Position numbers and translations under genes: made by a program
Shown: positions 58,616 to 64,000 of the stretch, one piece after another
Layout of the letters: the number at the start of each line of letters is the position of its first letter
Position numbering within the stretch: the stretch's first letter is position 1
Notes under the pieces: generated by a model
Told to the model about the DNA's origin: nothing
Databases searched by the model: none
The model's input: the letters and a program-made list of their open reading frames with translations, nothing else
Source of the DNA: a virus
Taxonomy: Duplodnaviria > Heunggongvirae > Uroviricota > Caudoviricetes
IMG/VR virus record: IMGVR_UViG_3300042564_000253
Length of the DNA: 64,000 bases
Strand: one strand, 5' to 3'

Positions 58616-59332
58616 ATGAATTGGGATAAATTTAAAGATCAGTTTCATCCTTCTTGGCATAGGTTTATGCAACCTTTCATTGAAAGTGAAGCATGTGATA
58701 AGATTTATAAATATCTCAAAGCTGAAAGTCAGAGGGGCAAGAAGATTGCTCCTCTCTCTCAGAATGTTTATAGATGCTTTTATGAGACACCTTATGATGA
58801 ACTAAAACTAGTCATGGTAGGTATGTGTCCTTATCACTCTATGAAGAATGGAGAATATGTAGCAGATGGTTTGTTAATGGGCTGTTCAACAACAGGTATA
58901 TTACAACCATCTCTAATAAAATTCTATGATGGTATTGAGAAAGAGATGTTTAATGGTCTTTGCGTAACATGTGAAAGACCACCAGATATATCCTTCTTAG
59001 CCAAACAAGGTATCCTTATGTATAACGCAGCTTTGACTACAGAGATTAATAAAGCAGGCTCTCACATTGATTTGTGGGAACCCTTTACTAAGTATCTGTT
59101 TGAAGAAGTGTTAGCTACTACAGGGGTACCAGTTGTGTTTCTAGGTAAAGATGCAGCTAAATATACAAAATATGTTGCACCATTTACATGGAGTTTCACA
59201 ATGAGTCATCCTGCCAGTGCGTCTTATAAACAAACTGATTGGGATACAGAAGGCACATTCACAAAAATTAACAAATTATTAAAGGAAAACAACAATCTAG
59301 CGATAGATTGGATGTTAGACACACCTTTTTAA
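58616..59332 (+). CDS. Uracil-DNA glycosylase superfamily protein with a variant active-site motif, 238 aa.
   Basis: KLVMVGMCPYHS aligns with UNG KVVILGQDPYHG with Cys in place of the catalytic Asp. VVFLGKDA and SHPASAS align with UNG VVFLLWGS and HPSPLS. Confidence 0.55.
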   Translation: MNWDKFKDQFHPSWHRFMQPFIESEACDKIYKYLKAESQRGKKIAPLSQNVYRCFYETPYDELKLVMVGMCPYHSMKNGEYVADGLLMGCSTTGILQPSLIKFYDGIEKEMFNGLCVTCERPPDISFLAKQGILMYNAALTTEINKAGSHIDLWEPFTKYLFEEVLATTGVPVVFLGKDAAKYTKYVAPFTWSFTMSHPASASYKQTDWDTEGTFTKINKLLKENNNLAIDWMLDTPF

Positions 59333-59343
59333 ACGACACAATT

Positions 59344-59706
59344 ATGTATACAGTTAAACATGGTGGAGATATCCACAGAGGAGATTTAATAGCAGTTTCT
59401 AATGGTAATGATTTTAGTATTGGCATTTATTATGGTAGAGGTTCAGGTAGTACAGTTCAGTATTATACACCTTCAGGAGTAGTTGAATCTAAAAGCTGGT
59501 GGGAAAAATATCAAACAGATAAAGCATATGCTCATAATGGCAAACCTTGGGGATTAACTAGAATTTGGAAGAGTTTTATAAATACACCAAGAGAAACAAG
59601 AATTCTTAAATTGAACAGAGAGAATATTACAGATGAACAAACAATAAAAGATATAATAGAAGCAAAAGAAATACTTAAACAATTTAACATTCCAGTAAAC
59701 TACTAA
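59344..59706 (+). CDS. Hypothetical protein, about 120 aa.
   Basis: Internal Met of listed ORF 59308..59706, preceded by the cacaattATG context. Confidence 0.4.
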   Translation: MYTVKHGGDIHRGDLIAVSNGNDFSIGIYYGRGSGSTVQYYTPSGVVESKSWWEKYQTDKAYAHNGKPWGLTRIWKSFINTPRETRILKLNRENITDEQTIKDIIEAKEILKQFNIPVNY

Positions 59707-59708
59707 TT

Positions 59709-62060
59709 ATGATATTAGAAAAACAAACAGAATCACACATCCTTGAAGAAGGAAGTACACAGGAAACTGTGAAAATGTCACTAGACTTAGATTCTGCACA
59801 AGTATTGATGCAGATGTTAAGTAAGAATCTATATTCAGATTCAATAGGCTCTACTATCAGAGAATGTGCATCTAATGCACTAGATAGTCACAGAAGAGCT
59901 GGATGTGACAAGCCTGTTATTGTTTCATTTAAAAGAAACAATCAGGCAAATACATATGAATTTGCTGTTGAAGACTTTGGTATTGGCTTAGATGCAGATG
60001 ATGTGCGTAACATTATCAGTAAGTATGGTAAGTCAACCAAGCGTAACAGTAATACAGAATTAGGCATGATGGGTCTTGGTTTCAAAGCTCCATTAGCATA
60101 TAGCTCTAGCTTCTACTTTATATGTAGAAAAGATGGTATGGAACGTAAGTATATGATGTACGAAGGAGAGGATACAAACAGTATTGATCTTTTGTATGAA
60201 ACACAAACTACAGAAGGTAATGGTGTAAAGGTTATTGTTCCAGTTGACTATTCTGATAGATATACTTTCCATAATAAGATTAAGGAGCAATTGGCTTATT
60301 TTGAGAGTGTGTATTTTGATGTAGAACCAATGGGTAGCTACAATGTTCCTAATGATTTTACAATACATAGAGCTGCACATTTTCAATATTCTCAAATAGC
60401 TATGAACAGTGACATGCATTTATGTCTAGACAATGTTAGCTATCCAATTGACTGGGAGAAGCTTGGTATTGAAAGAATACGTATGAAGATGGCTTTGAAA
60501 TTTAGTCTTAGTGATGGATTATTTCCTACACCAAACAGAGAAGCTATTAGATATACTAAAGAAGCTAAAGAAACCATTCTAAAGAAGATAGTTACAGTGG
60601 CTAATGTGTTTATGGATAAGTTTAACGAGGCCATCACTACACAAAGTGATATCAAAGCTATTATGGAGTTTTATGGTCAAAATAGTAAACATATAAAATC
60701 CTGGTACAAAGGTACAGATGAAGATATTTGTATAGATGATCTTGTACATCATTCTACTGTAGCTGTAGCACAGCCTAAACTAGATAACATAAAGTTGTTG
60801 AACTTAGAAAGACTTGCTGTAAAGTCTAAAGAGTATGTACTTGCTGAGTATAAGTTTAAATATAGATTTAGCAATGGTAAGTTTCAAAATAGTAAGAACT
60901 ATCACTATGAGCATTTGAGAATTTCAGACTTTACAAGTTATAACTTTGGTGGTGTATATATTTATGATGATTCCCTTCCTAAAGGTAAGCAAGACTATTT
61001 AAGATCTATTTTGCCAGATAATAAAACTATATATTTTGTTAAGAAATCACCATTTAAGCTTAGAAGCAAGACTGGTCAGATTGATTATGCTAAGTATTAT
61101 GATTCTATTTTAGAGCTTAGCAAATGGCCAAGAGTTCAATGGAGACAGCTTATTCAAGAGTTTCAATATGTAATAGGTCTATATTCTAAAGACTTTATAG
61201 ATGCAGATGCTATTGATATACCACAATCATTCAAGGATGCTCAAAAAGCTAAGAGAATGAAGGTAACAATAGCAACAACAGCAGTAAAAGGTCCTAAGAA
61301 GGTTAGATTGAAAGGTGAATTCTCTGGTAAGGTGGGTACAAAAATGCAAATAGATCTATCTGATCAACATTGTAAGTTTGTTCCTACTACATATAAAATG
61401 GAAGACCTCCATAAATTGAAGAAGTTACATGTATATGCTAGAGAAGCTGATAAGAAGACAATGGACAATGCTTGGTCTTGTTTTAATAAACATGCAGTAT
61501 TTGTTATTGTTGCCCAAGCTACATATGACAACTTACAGAAAGCAGATTTACATAACTGGATAACATTAGATAAATTTATGGAAGGTAAAAATAGACCATT
61601 TAAAACAATAGCTACAGAATTCCTAATCAGGGATTTGATTGAAAAATATAGTGATTCATTTAAAAGAATTGAAACAGTTAAAGCTATATCTACTGATTTA
61701 GCAGATAAGCTACAGATACTACATCAGTATCATAATAGTCAATATAGAAGTTATTGTGATGAGATCACTAGAAAAGCAATTATAGAACATGCTATAGCAA
61801 ACAATTTATTTGACCAGCCTACATATCTAGTATATCAGCAGGTTAATGAAGTGTTTGAGAAGCTACCTTTCTTAGATCATATGCTAGGAGTAATCTATTA
61901 TGCAAAACAGAATAGTCCTTTGATCAAAGCTCTTACAGACTTATTTAAGTATCACAAACATAGAGTAAATCTAGAGCATTACAAGCTCATATTAACAGAA
62001 GATGCTCCTTTAGAGGAAGTATTAACACAAGACACAATTACAGAATTAGAAACAATTTAA
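59709..62060 (+). CDS. Hsp90/HtpG-like GHKL ATPase, 783 aa.
   Basis: N-terminal domain NLYSDSIGSTIRECASNALDS vs HtpG [20 protein letters not shown], VIVSF...EDFGIGLDADDVRNIISKYGKSTK vs VSF...SDNGVGMTRDEV..LGTIAKSGTK, and G2 box ELGMMGLGF vs GQFGVGF. Bergerat-fold N, G1 and G2 motifs are in the correct order. Confidence 0.55.
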   Translation: MILEKQTESHILEEGSTQETVKMSLDLDSAQVLMQMLSKNLYSDSIGSTIRECASNALDSHRRAGCDKPVIVSFKRNNQANTYEFAVEDFGIGLDADDVRNIISKYGKSTKRNSNTELGMMGLGFKAPLAYSSSFYFICRKDGMERKYMMYEGEDTNSIDLLYETQTTEGNGVKVIVPVDYSDRYTFHNKIKEQLAYFESVYFDVEPMGSYNVPNDFTIHRAAHFQYSQIAMNSDMHLCLDNVSYPIDWEKLGIERIRMKMALKFSLSDGLFPTPNREAIRYTKEAKETILKKIVTVANVFMDKFNEAITTQSDIKAIMEFYGQNSKHIKSWYKGTDEDICIDDLVHHSTVAVAQPKLDNIKLLNLERLAVKSKEYVLAEYKFKYRFSNGKFQNSKNYHYEHLRISDFTSYNFGGVYIYDDSLPKGKQDYLRSILPDNKTIYFVKKSPFKLRSKTGQIDYAKYYDSILELSKWPRVQWRQLIQEFQYVIGLYSKDFIDADAIDIPQSFKDAQKAKRMKVTIATTAVKGPKKVRLKGEFSGKVGTKMQIDLSDQHCKFVPTTYKMEDLHKLKKLHVYAREADKKTMDNAWSCFNKHAVFVIVAQATYDNLQKADLHNWITLDKFMEGKNRPFKTIATEFLIRDLIEKYSDSFKRIETVKAISTDLADKLQILHQYHNSQYRSYCDEITRKAIIEHAIANNLFDQPTYLVYQQVNEVFEKLPFLDHMLGVIYYAKQNSPLIKALTDLFKYHKHRVNLEHYKLILTEDAPLEEVLTQDTITELETI

Positions 62061-62070
62061 AAAGAAAAAC

Positions 62071-63540
62071 ATGCTAAGTTTGAAATGGTTTAAAGGTGCT
62101 ATTGAACGCACAATTGAAAAGGTAGTAGAAAACAAAATTGAGCAGGCTTTTAACCAGTTGGATAATGAGGAGGGGCAGACAGCCCCTTCTTATCATTCTT
62201 CAGGAAAGCCCTATCTAAACATTAAAATGGTTAATGAAACATTAACTATTGTAATGAATGATGGTAATATCATTACCAAATCTCCAGCAACATCAGAACA
62301 TTTCAATGCTGCTAGAGATTGTAAAACAGAAGCTTGTCTATTTGATCTTGTGAGTACACAGGAGATAAAAGATGAGAGAAGAAAAGCTGAAGCTGCTTAT
62401 GAGAAAGCTAAAGCTATTCAAAGAGGTGCTGAATTCTTAGCTACACTAAAGGAATTTGAGATGAAAAATGGTTCTCTTTATTTAAAGGGTATCAATAGAA
62501 GTCTACCTCCATTACTAGTGGAAGAGTTCTTAGAAGTGGTTGGTAAACATGGTAACACAGATAGTGATGAATTCAATGCTTTGCATAGATTCTTTATGTG
62601 GTGTTGCTTGAACCCAAGAGCTGAAGTTGCAAATGATCTATTCAACTTCTTAAAGAAGAATAGCTTCAGCATCACTAAACAAGGCTTCTTTGTAGCATTA
62701 CGTAATGTTGTTACATTACATGGTTCTACAGAATTAGTACAATTCATAAGCAATGCATATAATAAAGTGAAGGCTGTATGGAAGAAGAAGCCTGATGAGT
62801 ATTTTGTATTCCTAGAGAATGGTGAATATAAAATGGTTCATGGAGAAGCTATGTATAAAAAAGAAACATGCACATGTTCTTATTGTGATGGTACAGGAAC
62901 CATTCCTGAGTGTGATGAGTGGGAAGATAGTGAAGAGTGTTGTGAGTGTGATGGTACAGGTGAATATGAAGATCTTGTTCTTGCAGTTAAAGGTGAAAAT
63001 CTTGGTAACTTAACAGACTTATATCTTGATTTGCCTAATAGAGCAGAGAATAGATTTACAGATGCTCATACAAAAACATTTGACATCAGAATTGGTAGAC
63101 CAGTGAATATGCCTATGGAAGAGTGTAATTGGTCAAGAGCAGATTGTGCACATGCAGGATTACACTTTACTAGTGATGAGATTCATTATGTAGGTTGTGG
63201 TGATACGAGCGTTCTTATACTTATTAACCCAATGAAGGTTGTAGGTATTGGTGAGTCAAAAGGTAGATGTTATGAGTATTTACCAATTATGACTGTGCCA
63301 CGTGAGGAAGCAACAGAAATCTTACATGATCTAGACTTTGATACTCTTGAGTTAGATGAGTCTTATGCTGTACGTGAATTAGATAACCTTGCTGAGAAGG
63401 CTAAGGAAGGATTCACAGCTGAGGCTATGAAATATGATTTCAATCTTCCTGCCCTATCTGCAGTAGAAGTTTATACAATTGTTAAGAGTCTTGATGAAAT
63501 AAAGCAAGAAATATCTAAAAGAATTGTAGAAATTGATTAA
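62071..63540 (+). CDS. Hypothetical protein with DnaJ-type CxxCxGxG zinc-finger repeats, 489 aa.
   Basis: CSYCDGTG and CCECDGTG within TCTCSYCDGTGTIPECDEWEDSEECCECDGTGEYED. Confidence 0.5.
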   Translation: MLSLKWFKGAIERTIEKVVENKIEQAFNQLDNEEGQTAPSYHSSGKPYLNIKMVNETLTIVMNDGNIITKSPATSEHFNAARDCKTEACLFDLVSTQEIKDERRKAEAAYEKAKAIQRGAEFLATLKEFEMKNGSLYLKGINRSLPPLLVEEFLEVVGKHGNTDSDEFNALHRFFMWCCLNPRAEVANDLFNFLKKNSFSITKQGFFVALRNVVTLHGSTELVQFISNAYNKVKAVWKKKPDEYFVFLENGEYKMVHGEAMYKKETCTCSYCDGTGTIPECDEWEDSEECCECDGTGEYEDLVLAVKGENLGNLTDLYLDLPNRAENRFTDAHTKTFDIRIGRPVNMPMEECNWSRADCAHAGLHFTSDEIHYVGCGDTSVLILINPMKVVGIGESKGRCYEYLPIMTVPREEATEILHDLDFDTLELDESYAVRELDNLAEKAKEGFTAEAMKYDFNLPALSAVEVYTIVKSLDEIKQEISKRIVEID

Positions 63541-63548
63541 ATTTGTAT

Positions 63549-63580
63549 TCCCAGGGGTAACACCCTGGGATTATATATAT
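63549..63580 (+). terminator. Putative rho-independent terminator.
   Basis: UCCCAGGG-guaaca-CCCUGGGA 8-bp GC-rich stem followed by UUAUAUAUAUAUU. Confidence 0.5.
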
Positions 63581-63583
63581 ATT

Positions 63584-64000
63584 ATGATAAAAAATGCAAC
63601 AAAGAGAATCTCTAAAAAACCTAGAAGGGTAGTAAGTAAACCAAGATGTGCTGGAACTATGACAGAATCAGCATTCTGGAGCTTTATACGTAGTGCACTC
63701 AGACAGAAGTCTAGGTTTTGGAAGCCTATTACAGAATGTAAGCTTAAAGCACGCAGACTGTACAAGGGTACAAACAAGAGACAAAAGTATGAGTATCAAT
63801 GCAATATGTGTAAGCATTGGTATATAGAGAAGAAGATTAATGTTGATCACATCCATCCTGCAGGTAGTTTGATGAGTTCAAAAGACCTACCAGGATTTGT
63901 AGAGAGACTATTCTGTGAGGTAGACAACTTACAAGTCTTATGTGAAAAATGCCACGACAAAAAAACAAAAGCAGATAAACATGAAAAGGACAATCTTAAA
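63584..64000 (+). CDS. HNH endonuclease, partial. The 3' end lies beyond the window.
   Basis: My translation MIKNATKRISKKPRRV...YQCNMCKHWY...VDHIHPAG...LQVLCEKCHDKKT carries the C-x2-C ... DH ... C-x2-CH HNH zinc-finger signature. There is no stop before position 64000. Confidence 0.65.
   Translation, partial: MIKNATKRISKKPRRVVSKPRCAGTMTESAFWSFIRSALRQKSRFWKPITECKLKARRLYKGTNKRQKYEYQCNMCKHWYIEKKINVDHIHPAGSLMSSKDLPGFVERLFCEVDNLQVLCEKCHDKKTKADKHEKDNLK

Noticed and set aside
63571-63856. Two minus-strand ORFs of 62 and 68 aa.
   Set aside because: They overlap, antisense, the clearly motif-bearing plus-strand HNH endonuclease gene.

Overview
This window looks like a tailed dsDNA phage genome fragment of about 35% GC with no recognisable cellular genes. 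Most starts lack Shine-Dalgarno sequences and have A-rich leaders. That, the poly-Thr linkers, a Bacteroidetes-type HU-like protein and BNR repeats point to a Bacteroidetes (Flavobacteriia-type) host.

The layout is bipartite and reminiscent of crAss-like podoviruses. Bases 1-42400 carry a minus-strand morphogenesis block: small DNA-binding proteins, a possible small terminase, large terminase, portal, an SPFH protein, scaffold, major capsid, tail fibres (collar-domain, collagen-like, BNR), a metallophosphoesterase, then five giant ORFs of 1666, 1050, 1020, 902 and more than 1300 aa that run off the 5' edge of the window. Bases 42401-43438 form a roughly 1 kb divergent control region rich in poly-C tracts and short direct repeats. 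Bases 43439-64000 carry a plus-strand early and replication block: small early, membrane and acidic proteins, a ParB-like protein, family-B DNA polymerase, DnaB-like helicase, SF2 helicase, a Sak4-like ATPase, an SSB-like protein, a TOPRIM primase, a UDG-like protein, an Hsp90-like GHKL ATPase, a DnaJ-type zinc-finger protein and a partial HNH endonuclease.

I see several intrinsic terminators. I found no tRNA, CRISPR array or integrase by eye. The most unusual content is the Hsp90-like ATPase next to the CxxCxGxG protein, a UDG-like protein whose catalytic Asp is Cys, an SPFH protein inside the head module, and the triplicated GGWLDKY peptide in a 1050-aa virion protein.
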